Positions 1 to 10,572 of a stretch of 64,000 bases of DNA are shown in pieces. The first letter of the stretch is position 1, and each line of letters begins with the position of its first letter. The stretch is from an uncultured delta proteobacterium. Its GTDB lineage: Bacteria > Desulfobacterota > Binatia > Binatales > Binataceae. Under the pieces are notes generated by a model, which saw only the letters and a list, made by a program, of their open reading frames with translations, did no database searches and was not told the DNA's origin. Location of the stretch: positions 2,080,001 through 2,144,000 of the forward strand of contig CAWEEQ010000004.1 in NCBI GenBank assembly GCA_963808235.1, read 5' to 3'. Both the position numbers and the translations under genes were made by a program.

Positions 1-3000
1 TCCAACGCCGTTCCTATCGGCAAAGATCAGCCAGGTTCCTGGACTCGACGGCGACGAGGTATCCGCGGCTATCTCGCTCGCAACGCGATCTTTGCGCTGC
101 CACTTGAGTTCATAGAGCCAGTCGTCGATATTCTCACTGAGACGGCCGGCATTGTCACCTAGCGATTCGAAGTGTACTCCCAGGATCTCGACAACTAGTT
201 GCTGAGCTTCATCCAGGAGTCTCAGTTCTCCAACGATCCCGCGAGCGTCCTCGTCGAGAACACGCGCACGACACCACAGATGTGCCCCGGGGCGGCTATG
301 GACTCGAATCTCACCGATGCGGGTTGGTATGTAGATGCCTTGTTTGCCGATTCTCTTTGCCTCTGTTGCTACGGCTGCGCCGAGAACCTGCAGGCATCCA
401 TCTAGAACCGCGGGATGAAGTTGATAGCTATCGAAGTCACCTTCTTGATCACTTGTAATGCGCAGCTCACCGAGGACGCTCTTATTGTCCACCCACAACT
501 GAGTGACGCTCTGGAAAAAAGGTCCGTACTGGATCGCATTTTCGCCAAGCTGCCGATAGTAGTCGGGGCCCGAAATCTTCTCGGAGGATCGAAGCTGCAC
601 GTCTGCCAGCGACTCTTCTTCCACGACTGGTAGTAAGCCGGACACCTTTCGAGGTGAAACTTTCCCCGACGCATGCAGAGTCCATGACTTAGGTGGCTGC
701 TCCGTTGCGGTGGAAGAACTGTAGATTTGAAATGACGCCGCTCCGTCCGCGCCGGGAGCAACGATTACCTGAAGCTTTGCGTGCGCGCTTTCCGGGATGA
801 AGAGCGCCCGGTGAAATTCGACATCCGCCAGCGCGATCGATCGCGTCCCGACCGCCTCCTGCGCAGCGGCCGATGCTATCTCGACATAGACCGACGCCGG
901 CAAGGCCGCGACTCCCTCGATTCGATGGTCATCCAGATAAGGCAGCGCCTCCTTATCCACCCTGATTTCCCAATAATCGGCTCCGCCCGACTCTGCCGAT
1001 TTGAAATGGCGGCCGAGCAGAGAATGTCCCGTTCCCGAATGAGTTGGCGTAGGTTCCGAGCGATAGTTGCTGTCAGCTCCTGCTTCTAACCAGCAGCGCT
1101 GACGCTGCCACGGGTACGAGGACAGCCGGACATTCGAACCGTGCTCAGGGTAGATGCGGTTCCAGTCCATCGGATATCCCGAGCTATAGAGAGCACCTAG
1201 CGACCTCATCATCGCCGTGTGCTCGTTCTCCTCGCGCCGGATGGAAGGAAGCACCGCGCCTTCTATCTTCGCGTGATGAAGCCCTTGCTGAATTCCGCTG
1301 AGCAGGATTGGATGCGCGCTGATCTCTAAGAAGGTGTCGAAGCCATCTTCCAACAGCCGTTGAATCGATCCTGAAAAGAGCACCGGCTCTCTTAAATTGC
1401 GCGCCCAGTAGTGCGCATCGAATTCCGATCCGTCGGCGACGGAACTCAGCACTGTCGAGTAAATCGGCACCGTCGCCAGCTGAGGCCGCACCTCTTCGAG
1501 CGCCTCCAACAACTCGCCGCGGAGCGGATCCATCTGCGGACTATGCGACGCGAAATCCACCTTCACCATCCGGCAGAAGACGTCGCGCGCTTGAAGCTGT
1601 TCGAGTATTGTTGCCAGCGCCGCCGGATCGCCCGAGAGCACCGTCGATGTGGGGCTGGTACTGACCGCGATCGAGACGCGATCTTCGTAGCCCGCGATCG
1701 CGCGGCGCGCCTCTTCGATCGAAACCTCGATCGACGCCATCGCTCCTTTCCCGACGGTGCGCTTGACCAACTTGCTGCGCATGCAAATGATCAGCGCCGC
1801 ATCGCTAAGACTGAGCGCGCCGCCAACGTACGCAGCCGCGACCTCACCCATGCTATGCCCCACGACCGCATCTGGTTCGATTCCCCATGAGCGCCATACG
1901 GCTGCGAGCGCGACCTGGATCGCGAATAGTGCCGGCTGGATCACGTCAACTTCGTTCAGCCGCGATTGCTCCGTATCGGTGCCGGCGAGCTCCGCGATCA
2001 ACGACCAATCGGTATGCGGCCTGAGCGCCAGCTCGCATCGCTCGATCACCTCGCGAAAGACAGGTTCATCGTGCAGCAGCGTCCGGCCCATCCCGAACCA
2101 TTGCGAGCCTTGTCCGGAAAAAACAAAAGCCACTTTTCCGCGGATGCCGAGAGCTTTGCGCCCGGACGAGAGACCGGCGCGAGTCTCTCCCTTCAGGAAA
2201 GCCTCCAGACCTTCGCTGAGTTGTTGCGACGAATCGCCGGTCACAGTCAAGCGATAGTCGTGATGGCTGCGGCGCGCGCTCGCGCCGTAACAAATGTCGT
2301 GCAGCGATGAGTCGGTGTTCGCCAAAAATTGCTGGGTGATTCGCGCGACGGCTTGAAGAGCCTCGGGACTGCGCGCCGAAAGCGGCAGAAGGTAGCACGA
2401 CTTACTATGGGCAGCTACGCAACTCTTACTTCGCGACTCGGGCGCCTGCTGTAGGACCACGTGAGCGTTGGTGCCGCCAAAACCGAACGAACTGACTCCC
2501 GCCAAAGCTGGCCCGCCATCCATAGACCACGGACCGGGCTTGGTCTGCACGCGGATCGGGAGCTCGTCGAAAGGTATATGAGGATTGGGCTCCTGAAAGT
2601 GCAGGCTCGCCGGAATCTCCGAGTGCTTGAGCGCGAGCGCTACTTTTATCAGCCCGGCGACGCCGGCGGCCGCTTCGCAGTGCCCGATATTCGTTTTCAC
2701 CGAGCCGATCGCGCAAAGCCGTCCGGGCTCACGACCGTCGGCCAGCACCCTGCCGAGTGCTCTTGCCTCGATTGGATCGCCGAGCAGAGTGCCGGTGCCG
2801 TGCGCCTCGACGTATTGAACGTCGCCGGGCGAAACGTCCGCTCTTCGATATGCTTCACGCAAGACCGCTTCCTGCGCGAGCGGATTTGGCGCCATCAGGC
2901 CGTTGCTGCGTCCGTCCTGGTTCACCGCGCTGCCCCGGATGACGGCGTAAATTGGATCGTGGTCCGCAAGCGCGCGGGACAGCGGCTTCAGCGCGACCAG

Positions 3001-4011
3001 GCCGGCGCCTTCGCTACGAACGTATCCGTTGGCGCCACTATCGAAGGTCTTGCAGCGCCCATCGGGCGCCATGACTCCGGCCTTGGTGAAATTCATCGTG
3101 ATCGCCGGCGACAGGATCAGGTTCACGCCTCCAGCCAACGCGAGCGTCGATTCCCCGTTGCGCAGACTGGTGCAGGCCAGGTGGACTGCGACCAGCGACG
3201 ACGAGCAGGCCGTGTCGATCGCGATACTCGGTCCGCGAAAATCCAGCAGGTACGAGATCCGGTTGGCCGCGATACTGAGCGCGTTGCCGGTTCCCGCGTA
3301 CGCGTCGATCCGGCAGAAGTCGCCGAACTGAGTCCGGCCGTAATCGTTATTCGAGATTCCGACGAAGACGCCGACTTGTCCACCCGCGAGCTTCTCGGGC
3401 GCCTGCCCCGCATCTTCGAGCGCCTCCCAAGCTACTTCGAGCAGGAGGCGTTGCTGCGGATCCATCCGCGCCGCCTCGCGTGGCGAGATCCCGAAGAACT
3501 GGGGATCGAACTGATCGACCTGCTCGACGAAGCCGCCCCATCGCGTGTTTATCTTGCCGGGGCGTTTTGGATCCGGATCGTAAACCTCTTCGAGATCGTA
3601 GCGGTCGGCCGGGACTTCCGTGATTGCGTCCACACCGTCGCGGATTGAATTCCAGAATTCCTGCGGACCACTGCTGCCGGGAAAACGGCATCCGATTCCG
3701 ATGATCGCGATTGGCTCGGATTCATTCTGATGTTGAGGGTCAGGTCCGGTACTTGAACCCGATTCATCCGCCGACCCGCTCAAATGCCGAGCGAGAGTTT
3801 CGATCGTGGGAAACTCGTAAGCCAGATCGGCGGGGACCTTTTGTCCCAGCCAGTCTCCGAGTTCTCCCGAGAGGCTGACCGCCTCCGTCGAACCCATCCC
3901 GTAGCTCGCGAATGGTTCCCGGACGTTTATCTCACGAGGATCGACTCCAAGCAGGTTCGAGAGCTTCTCGACCAGCCATCGTTCGATAACTTCTGCGCCG
4001 TAGGTGTCCAA
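1..4011 (-). CDS. Type I polyketide synthase, ACP-KS-AT-DH-(KR structural part), 3' end outside the window
   Basis: Not in the ORF track because there is no stop in the window. Manual translation of spot-checked segments from TTG 4011 (GGAGAG RBS; alternative GTG 4071) gives ACP (FASYGMGSTEAV...FPTIETLA), KS (EPIAIIGIGCRFPG, DTACSSSLVAVH), AT (VDVIQP, GHSMGE, DFASHS), DH (HRIEGVAALP, YGPFFQ, HPAVLD) and WLIFADRNGVG at the edge, in the same frame as the start. Confidence 0.93.
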   Translation of the reverse strand, partial: MDTYGAEVIERWLVEKLSNLLGVDPREINVREPFASYGMGSTEAVSLSGELGDWLGQKVPADLAYEFPTIETLARHLSGSADESGSSTGPDPQHQNESEPIAIIGIGCRFPGSSGPQEFWNSIRDGVDAITEVPADRYDLEEVYDPDPKRPGKINTRWGGFVEQVDQFDPQFFGISPREAARMDPQQRLLLEVAWEALEDAGQAPEKLAGGQVGVFVGISNNDYGRTQFGDFCRIDAYAGTGNALSIAANRISYLLDFRGPSIAIDTACSSSLVAVHLACTSLRNGESTLALAGGVNLILSPAITMNFTKAGVMAPDGRCKTFDSGANGYVRSEGAGLVALKPLSRALADHDPIYAVIRGSAVNQDGRSNGLMAPNPLAQEAVLREAYRRADVSPGDVQYVEAHGTGTLLGDPIEARALGRVLADGREPGRLCAIGSVKTNIGHCEAAAGVAGLIKVALALKHSEIPASLHFQEPNPHIPFDELPIRVQTKPGPWSMDGGPALAGVSSFGFGGTNAHVVLQQAPESRSKSCVAAHSKSCYLLPLSARSPEALQAVARITQQFLANTDSSLHDICYGASARRSHHDYRLTVTGDSSQQLSEGLEAFLKGETRAGLSSGRKALGIRGKVAFVFSGQGSQWFGMGRTLLHDEPVFREVIERCELALRPHTDWSLIAELAGTDTEQSRLNEVDVIQPALFAIQVALAAVWRSWGIEPDAVVGHSMGEVAAAYVGGALSLSDAALIICMRSKLVKRTVGKGAMASIEVSIEEARRAIAGYEDRVSIAVSTSPTSTVLSGDPAALATILEQLQARDVFCRMVKVDFASHSPQMDPLRGELLEALEEVRPQLATVPIYSTVLSSVADGSEFDAHYWARNLREPVLFSGSIQRLLEDGFDTFLEISAHPILLSGIQQGLHHAKIEGAVLPSIRREENEHTAMMRSLGALYSSGYPMDWNRIYPEHGSNVRLSSYPWQRQRCWLEAGADSNYRSEPTPTHSGTGHSLLGRHFKSAESGGADYWEIRVDKEALPYLDDHRIEGVAALPASVYVEIASAAAQEAVGTRSIALADVEFHRALFIPESAHAKLQVIVAPGADGAASFQIYSSSTATEQPPKSWTLHASGKVSPRKVSGLLPVVEEESLADVQLRSSEKISGPDYYRQLGENAIQYGPFFQSVTQLWVDNKSVLGELRITSDQEGDFDSYQLHPAVLDGCLQVLGAAVATEAKRIGKQGIYIPTRIGEIRVHSRPGAHLWCRARVLDEDARGIVGELRLLDEAQQLVVEILGVHFESLGDNAGRLSENIDDWLYELKWQRKDRVASEIAADTSSPSSPGTWLIFADRNGVG

Positions 4012-4039
4012 TTGACAACTCTCCCGTGCCACGGCTTCG

Positions 4040-5983
4040 CTAAATCGCGGCTGGCTTCGCTGAATCGCCACTCATGAGATGCTCAGCCTTGGCTGGAACC
4101 TCAATCCTCATCAGCGTTCCCTCCAGAAAACCGGCCTGGCATGCGCGGCGCTGTAGCTTGCCGCTGGAAGTCTTCGGAATGCTGCCCGCTCGCAGTAGCA
4201 GAACGGCGTGCACTCTCACGTCATGTTCTTCGGCAACCGCCCGCCGGATAGCACGAATCATAGCTTCGACATCGAGCGGCAGACGTCCGTTGGAATGCAG
4301 GTGGGTGGTTCCGTTCCCGTTTCCATTCCCGTTCCCATGGCCATTGCCATTGCCGTTGCCATTGCCAGGATGGCTATTCGACGCATAGCGGGGTTCCACT
4401 TCGGCGGCGACGATCAGGCGTTCTTCGTCCGCGACCTCAACCGAAAACGCTGCGCAACAAGCCGGCCGCACTGCCGGATGACTCTGCTGCACGGTCAGTT
4501 CAATTTCTTGCGGATAGAGATTGCGGCCGTCGATGATAATCAAATCCTTCAAGCGCCCGGTAACAAACAACTCTCCATCGCCGAGGAATCCCAAGTCGCC
4601 GGTGCGCAGAAACGGCCCTTCGTCGGTATCAGCAAGATAGGAACCGAAAGTGAGTTCCGATTCCTGAGGCAGATTCCAATAGCCCGGGGCTACGCTCGGA
4701 GCAGACACCCAGATTTCGCCGACCTCATCGGAGGCACACGCGGTCAACGACTCAGGATTGACGATAACGATTCTAGTGTCCTCGACCGCATGACCGCATC
4801 CCACAAGGGTGCGGACGTTAACCTGCGGGTCGGAGATCTGCGCAACGGTGTTGCGGTTGTGTTCGAGCGATGACACCTGCATCGTGCGCAGAATAGGAGC
4901 AGTTTTCACCTGTCCGCCCGAAACCAGCAGCGTGGCTTCGGCGAGTCCATAACATGGATAGAACGCGCTCTCCTGAAATCCACACGGCGTAAAGGCCGCT
5001 GCAAATCGTTTCAAAGTATCCGCACGGACTGGCTCGGCGCCATTATAGGCTAGAGTCCAATGACTTAGGTCGAGACCTTCGCGTTGCTCCGCAGTGATCT
5101 TGCGAGCGCACAATTCATAGGAGAAGTTGGGGCCGCCACTTATATTGGCTTTGTAGCGCGAAATAGCCTGAAGCCAGCGCACCGGACGCTGAAGAAAGGC
5201 CTGTGGAGGCATCAGAACGCATCCACGTCCTCCATACATAGGCTGGATGATTCCGTTGGTAAGTCCCATGTCATGGAAAACTGGCAGCCACATGACTGAT
5301 ACGGCATCGGATGCAATCTCGAACGCGCGGCTGATATGCGAGGAATTGGCGAGCAGGTTCGCGTGAGTGATCATCACGCCCCGGGGAATCGCAGTCGAGC
5401 CCGAAGTGTACTGGATCAATGCCAGCGTATTCGCGCCCACCTGATCGTCGTGCCACTCACTGGCCGCCGCACTGTCCACTACCTTGTCGGTAGCCAGCCA
5501 GCGAAGGTCTCTGAGACCCGGAGCCTGCTTGAACAGACACTCGACCTTGGCCAGAATCGCCGACGTGGTCAGCACCAGCGTCGGCTGAGCATCCTTTGCG
5601 ACAGTGCGGAACCTTGGCAGAGTCCGCTGCGGCTGGGCCATATTCGGCGGCGGCAGAGGGACCGCAATGACTCCGCCGTATAAGCAGCCGAAGAAAGCGG
5701 AGATAAACTCGAGGCCGGCTGGATACAGTAATAGGGCCCGCTCACCGCTCGCCTTGTAGCTCTGGAGGAGCGCACCTATCGCTCGTGCCTGCGAGTCCAA
5801 AGCCTCGTACGTCAGATCCGCGCCTTCGGTTTCTCCATCGACCAGATAAGTGTAGACGCGGTGCTCTGGCTGCTCGAACGCCCGCCATCGAAGCAGTTCG
5901 ACAAGGCTGGAAATATCTGAGCGAGTTCGATTCACCGTTGCTGACCCTTGTGTACTAGATAGACACCGCGCATATTCGTGCAA
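4040..5983 (-). CDS. Fatty acyl-AMP ligase (FAAL)
   Basis: QYTSGST, WLPVFHDMGL, YNGAEP, YPCYGLAEATL, FLRTGDLG, IPKTSSGKLQR; adjacent to the PKS ACP. True start may be GTG 5935. Confidence 0.92.
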   Translation of the reverse strand: MHEYARCLSSTQGSATVNRTRSDISSLVELLRWRAFEQPEHRVYTYLVDGETEGADLTYEALDSQARAIGALLQSYKASGERALLLYPAGLEFISAFFGCLYGGVIAVPLPPPNMAQPQRTLPRFRTVAKDAQPTLVLTTSAILAKVECLFKQAPGLRDLRWLATDKVVDSAAASEWHDDQVGANTLALIQYTSGSTAIPRGVMITHANLLANSSHISRAFEIASDAVSVMWLPVFHDMGLTNGIIQPMYGGRGCVLMPPQAFLQRPVRWLQAISRYKANISGGPNFSYELCARKITAEQREGLDLSHWTLAYNGAEPVRADTLKRFAAAFTPCGFQESAFYPCYGLAEATLLVSGGQVKTAPILRTMQVSSLEHNRNTVAQISDPQVNVRTLVGCGHAVEDTRIVIVNPESLTACASDEVGEIWVSAPSVAPGYWNLPQESELTFGSYLADTDEGPFLRTGDLGFLGDGELFVTGRLKDLIIIDGRNLYPQEIELTVQQSHPAVRPACCAAFSVEVADEERLIVAAEVEPRYASNSHPGNGNGNGNGHGNGNGNGNGTTHLHSNGRLPLDVEAMIRAIRRAVAEEHDVRVHAVLLLRAGSIPKTSSGKLQRRACQAGFLEGTLMRIEVPAKAEHLMSGDSAKPAAI

Positions 5984-6405
5984 TTACACGACCATGAGCT
6001 CGAGAGAACTGTCGCTATTACGATGATTCGGTTCCGCCCGCGACAGAATGAGGCGGATCTCATGAGAGCCTCTACGGCCTTCGTTTATAAGTGGTTTGGG
6101 TTGGTCGGCGGAAAGTGGTCGAAGGCGAGAGGAAGGCCCACAGTCAGACCGGATCAAAGTCGGACCCGATTCCATATGTCGGTCCAGACCATTTCAGTCT
6201 GGGCGCGGCCACTGGAGGGGTCAAGGCAAGCGCACGATCGGCACGAAATTTACGTTCCTTGGAGAACAAGATAAATTCCAGCCGGGTAACATTCTGATTT
6301 CTCGACGCAATCGCAAGGTGACCTTTGTCGGGATTGCTGTAATGTAGTACCGAGAACTCTCTTCACGAACCCACCGCGGCCGCGCGGAGCGAGGTCCGTA
6401 TCAAT

Positions 6406-7644
6406 ATGACTATCGCCCTCAAAGCCGCGCGAATCTTTGACGGCAAATCGGATCGGATTGAAACAGGCGGTACCGTCCTGGTCGAAGGGGAATCGATCGC
6501 CGCTTGCGGACCGAACCTGCGAGTCCCGGCCGGCGCCGAACTGATCGATTTCGGCGACGCCACGCTATGCCCCGGTTTCATCGACGCGCACACTCATCTG
6601 ACAGTTGGAGTGAAGTCCTATAACGAGTTCTTCATCGATCGCTTCCGGCATCACGTCGCAGAAAAAGCGTACGCAGCCGCGGTCTATGCCCGAGTCACTC
6701 TGGACGGCGGCTTCACGACGGTGCGCGATGTCGGATGTCTTTATCCAGCCAGCTTTATCGATGTGAGCCTGCGCAATGCGATCGCCAAGGGGCTACTCCT
6801 GGGGCCCCGGATGCTGGTGGCTATCAATCTGATCGGCGCGACCGGAGGGCATTCCGATCGCAATGCGGGGCTCCACTTCCACGCCACGGGCAGAGAGCCT
6901 GACTATACTGATGGCATCGCGGACAGCCCGGCCGACCTGCGCAAAGCGGTTCGCTTCAACGTGAAGTATGGCGCCGATTTCATTAAATTCTGCGCCTCGG
7001 GCGGCGTGATGTCACTGGCCGATGAGGTCGACACGCCGCAGCTCACGCTCGATGAGATGACCGCGGTGGTGGATGAGTCGCATCGATTACGCAAACGGGT
7101 CGCGGTCCATTGTCATGGCGATTCCGCGGCTCGCGACGCTATCAGAGCGGGCGTCGACTCTATCGAGCATGGAACTTTTCTGCGCGATGAAACTCTCGAA
7201 GCGATGAAAGCGAGCGGGGTTTACCTGGTGCCCACGCTGCTGGTTCAGCATCAACTCGGGCGAGGATTGGACAGGATGCCACCGGAGCTGGCCGTCAAGG
7301 CACGCGAGGTAGTCGAGGCGGCGCCTGCGATGGTCAGGCGCGCGCTCGCGATCGGAGTTAAGATCGCGCTTGGCACCGATTCCGGCGTTTGCCGCCATGG
7401 CATAAACGCCCGCGAGATGGGGCTCCTGGTGAATGCCGGAATGAGTCCGATCGCCGCACTCAAGAGCGCCACCTCGGTGAATGCGGAGCTGCTTGGTCTC
7501 GCAAGCAAAATCGGAACACTGGAAGCGGGCAAACGCGCCGATGTAATCGCGGTGCCGGGCAACCCCGCGGAAGATATCAGCGTCACCGAAAAGGTGATGT
7601 TTGTAATGAAGGACGGCAAAGTTTTCAGGCACGCCGATCGCTGA
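6406..7644 (+). CDS. Metal-dependent amidohydrolase (Xaa-Pro dipeptidase-like family)
   Basis: PGFIDAHTH, GFTTVRDVG, VHCHG, SIEHG, GTDSG, GTLEAGKRADVI. Confidence 0.9.
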   Translation: MTIALKAARIFDGKSDRIETGGTVLVEGESIAACGPNLRVPAGAELIDFGDATLCPGFIDAHTHLTVGVKSYNEFFIDRFRHHVAEKAYAAAVYARVTLDGGFTTVRDVGCLYPASFIDVSLRNAIAKGLLLGPRMLVAINLIGATGGHSDRNAGLHFHATGREPDYTDGIADSPADLRKAVRFNVKYGADFIKFCASGGVMSLADEVDTPQLTLDEMTAVVDESHRLRKRVAVHCHGDSAARDAIRAGVDSIEHGTFLRDETLEAMKASGVYLVPTLLVQHQLGRGLDRMPPELAVKAREVVEAAPAMVRRALAIGVKIALGTDSGVCRHGINAREMGLLVNAGMSPIAALKSATSVNAELLGLASKIGTLEAGKRADVIAVPGNPAEDISVTEKVMFVMKDGKVFRHADR

Positions 7645-7655
7645 GGTAATCCCAA

Positions 7656-8504
7656 ATGCGGGTTGATATAAGCGGGTGCCGGCTGTTCTTCAACGTCGAG
7701 GGGGCAAAGTTGCGGCCCGACGGACCGCGGATGCGCGAGGTGCCGACGCTTCTTTTATTGCACGGTGGCCCCGGCGCCGATCATTCGATCTTCAAACCCG
7801 CTTACTCGCAGCTCGCCGACCTCGTGCAAGTCGTTTATTTCGACCATCGCGGCGACGGCCGCAGCGACGGTCGCGACGACTCCGCGCGATGGAGACTTTC
7901 CCAGTGGGGCGATGACGTGAAGGCGCTTTGCGACGCGCTCGAGATAGAACGGCCAATGGTCATGGGCGTGTCGTTCGGCGGCTACGTTGCGATGTCCTAT
8001 GCGCTGCGCCATCCGAGGCATCCCGCAAAGCTGATTCTTTGCAGCACAGCCGCATCGCCCAGCAAGAAACAGCTACAGGTCGAAGTGTTCGCAAGGCTCG
8101 GTGGAGCAGAGGCCGGTGCGGCAGCAAAAGCTTTCATCGAGGATCCCACCCCGCAGGCGACGCGCGAGTTCTGGCGCTTATGCGCCCCTCTTTATCGCCG
8201 CACTCCCCACGACCCGAATAGCGATGCTCGCACCATATGGAATCCGCGCTTGATGGCAGAGTTTCGGCGCGGCGAAAGAGAGACGATGAACTTCCTTTCC
8301 GACTTGCATCAGATCAAGTGTCCGACACTGGTGATGGTAGGGGAGGACGACCCGATGACGCCGGTGCCGTGCTCCGAGGAAATCGTAGCGGCGCTGCCAT
8401 CGGACCTCGTCCGCTTCGAACGATTTGTCGGCGCCGGCCACGGTATCGTCGCCGATCAGCCTGCTCGATTTTTCGAGGTACTCCGCAAGTTCATAGCCAC
8501 GTGA
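7656..8504 (+). CDS. Alpha/beta hydrolase (proline iminopeptidase-like)
   Basis: LHGGPG, DHRGDGRS, GVSFGG nucleophile elbow, GEDD acid, AGH His. Confidence 0.88.
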   Translation: MRVDISGCRLFFNVEGAKLRPDGPRMREVPTLLLLHGGPGADHSIFKPAYSQLADLVQVVYFDHRGDGRSDGRDDSARWRLSQWGDDVKALCDALEIERPMVMGVSFGGYVAMSYALRHPRHPAKLILCSTAASPSKKQLQVEVFARLGGAEAGAAAKAFIEDPTPQATREFWRLCAPLYRRTPHDPNSDARTIWNPRLMAEFRRGERETMNFLSDLHQIKCPTLVMVGEDDPMTPVPCSEEIVAALPSDLVRFERFVGAGHGIVADQPARFFEVLRKFIAT

Positions 8505-8520
8505 GCGCGATGCACAACGC

Positions 8521-10065
8521 TCAGAGTGCGCCGAGGATCCCGCCGGGAACTCCGTCCCAGGCGCGACGCTCCTCTTCAAACGGCGCGTCGGAGACGTTGC
8601 TGATTTCGCCGAATAGCATCGTTGCGCGGCGCGCCTCAGTATAACCGGGCCATGCGCCGAGGCTCGCGCAACCGGGATCGCCGTCGCGCGCAAAGGCAAG
8701 CCACGCGTCCTGCATCTCGCCGGCGAGCTTCTCAGCCGCCGGACCCTCGCCCGCAAAGCGGCGCATCCCCGCCAGATGATTGGTGCCAAAGACGAAGCCG
8801 AGCTCAAGCGCGTGGCACGACCCCAACGCCCCACGCATCGCAGGCGAGCGCCAGGTGAAAAGATAGTTGTAAACGCGGCGTTCGCTCCGTCCGTGGATTT
8901 CGGCCAGCCGCACGCCCGGCATGCGAAAGACGCGATCGGTCTCGATCGCCGAATAGAGCTCCGGAGGCGTAGTCGACGCGCCGGCAGATGCCCGCGCGCG
9001 CTCATAGGTTGTAATCACAGAACCCGCGAAGTCAGCAGTCAGCCGCTTGCTCATCCGCGCAACCAGGCCAGCCTTGTCAAGATTCTGAGCCGACGGATCC
9101 ATTGCGGAGAACAATTTCCATTCCTCGAGATTTGAGCCAACCATCACCGCAACTCCGGCCGCCGAGCCCTGCGCCACCATCTCGATCAACTCGCGCGGTA
9201 TAACAGTGCCGTCCACAACTGGCTGGTAGGCCATCCCCAGCTCGCGGTCGGGCGTCTTGCCGTCTGGCCCAAACACTCCGGTGAGCAACTGAGCAACCGG
9301 CAGCGCGCGTATCGCATCAGTGTCGTGCGCGGACACGCCCATCTTAGACAGCACTCTCTCGGCGGTCCGGTTCGCTCGCGCTATGGACGATATGGTGTCG
9401 CAAGATCCGCTCTGAGGGATCGCTTTGTGGAACAGGCCACGCGCCAACGGCGTTGCCAGCAGCGCTCCCGCACTCATTCCTCCCGCCGATTCACCGAAGA
9501 TCGTAACGTTGCCCGGATCGCCGCCGAATTCAGAGATATTGTCGCGGACCCATTGCAGCGCTGCGATCTGATCGAGCAAGCCTTCGTTGCCGCTCGAGGG
9601 GATTCGTCCCTGGGTAACATCGTTCAGACGCAGAAAGCCCAGCGGTCCCAAGCGGTAATTGATCGTGACTATGATCACGTCGCCGCGCCGGGCGAGGACC
9701 GAGCCGTTATAGATTTCCTGTGAGCCGGCCCCGATCGTGAATCCACCGCCGTGAATCCAGACCATCACCGGGCGCTGTGCGCTATCGAGTCCCGGCGTCC
9801 ACAAATTGAGATTAAGGCAGTCCTCCGACTGCGCTTGCTCGATTTTCATCGCGGCAAGCGCCTGGTTCGTGACCGGATTTTGAAACGCAACCGCGCCAAA
9901 ACGCCGAGCATCGCGAACGCCCGTCCAAACCGCGGGTTTCTCTGGAGCAAGCCATCGGCGAGAGAGATGGGGAGCAGCCGCGAAAGGCACTCCTTTGAAG
10001 ACGATCAACCCGTCTTGTTCCTCACCTTCGATTCTTCCGTAGCGGGTAGATGCAATCGCGTTCAT
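8521..10065 (-). CDS. Type B carboxylesterase / para-nitrobenzyl esterase family
   Basis: SEDCLNLN, WIHGGGF, NYRLG, FGESAG, HALEL. Confidence 0.93.
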   Translation of the reverse strand: MNAIASTRYGRIEGEEQDGLIVFKGVPFAAAPHLSRRWLAPEKPAVWTGVRDARRFGAVAFQNPVTNQALAAMKIEQAQSEDCLNLNLWTPGLDSAQRPVMVWIHGGGFTIGAGSQEIYNGSVLARRGDVIIVTINYRLGPLGFLRLNDVTQGRIPSSGNEGLLDQIAALQWVRDNISEFGGDPGNVTIFGESAGGMSAGALLATPLARGLFHKAIPQSGSCDTISSIARANRTAERVLSKMGVSAHDTDAIRALPVAQLLTGVFGPDGKTPDRELGMAYQPVVDGTVIPRELIEMVAQGSAAGVAVMVGSNLEEWKLFSAMDPSAQNLDKAGLVARMSKRLTADFAGSVITTYERARASAGASTTPPELYSAIETDRVFRMPGVRLAEIHGRSERRVYNYLFTWRSPAMRGALGSCHALELGFVFGTNHLAGMRRFAGEGPAAEKLAGEMQDAWLAFARDGDPGCASLGAWPGYTEARRATMLFGEISNVSDAPFEEERRAWDGVPGGILGAL

Positions 10066-10092
10066 CGGTTGTGTCCTCGGGCGTATCTTCTA

Positions 10093-10506
10093 CTAGCCCT
10101 GAGGTACTGAAGGGTCTACTCGAAGGTCGTTCGTAACAGCTCGTACGCCACTCGCATCTTTCGCGATCGCGACAGCGCGCGATACGACGTTAGAATCGTG
10201 TACCACGCCCTCCAGCGTCACGACGCCGGCGGTTGTGGTGACGTGAATCTGGCCGGACCTCATTTCCTTGGCAGCGGCAAGATTTGTCTTCACCGCCGCG
10301 GTGATAGTTGTGTCATCGACGGCGGTAACCGTGCCGCGATAGGCGTTCTGCGCCGCGCCTTCCGTGTCTTCGCCCGCCTGATGCATCGAAGTGCTGGCGG
10401 GAACGCCAGAGTTGGCGCTCGTCTCCTGTCCTAGAGCCGGAATTGCCAGCGCAAATCCAAGAACCATCGCCGGTACCGTAGCGAGTATCTTATTCTTGCT
10501 ACTCAT
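10093..10506 (-). CDS. Secreted BON-domain (OsmY-like) protein
   Basis: Signal peptide plus DDTTITAAVK...IHVTTTAGVVTLEG...GVRAVTNDL. Confidence 0.88.
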   Translation of the reverse strand: MSSKNKILATVPAMVLGFALAIPALGQETSANSGVPASTSMHQAGEDTEGAAQNAYRGTVTAVDDTTITAAVKTNLAAAKEMRSGQIHVTTTAGVVTLEGVVHDSNVVSRAVAIAKDASGVRAVTNDLRVDPSVPQG

Positions 10507-10572
10507 AGTCTTAGTCTCCTCGTCAAGTGTTAGTGGGTTGAGTCCAAAGTGATTACGTCGCGCGGTCTTGCG

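Noticed and set aside
2461-3648. 395-aa plus-strand ORF and other long antisense ORFs (e.g. 13593-14810, 21125-22288, 49188-50156)
   Set aside because: Shadow ORFs opposite well-supported genes in GC-rich DNA; Arg-rich with no motifs
4033-4068. 16-bp direct repeat (period 20) at the FAAL-PKS junction as the cause of a gene split
   Set aside because: Removing 20 nt does not bring the FAAL frame into the PKS frame
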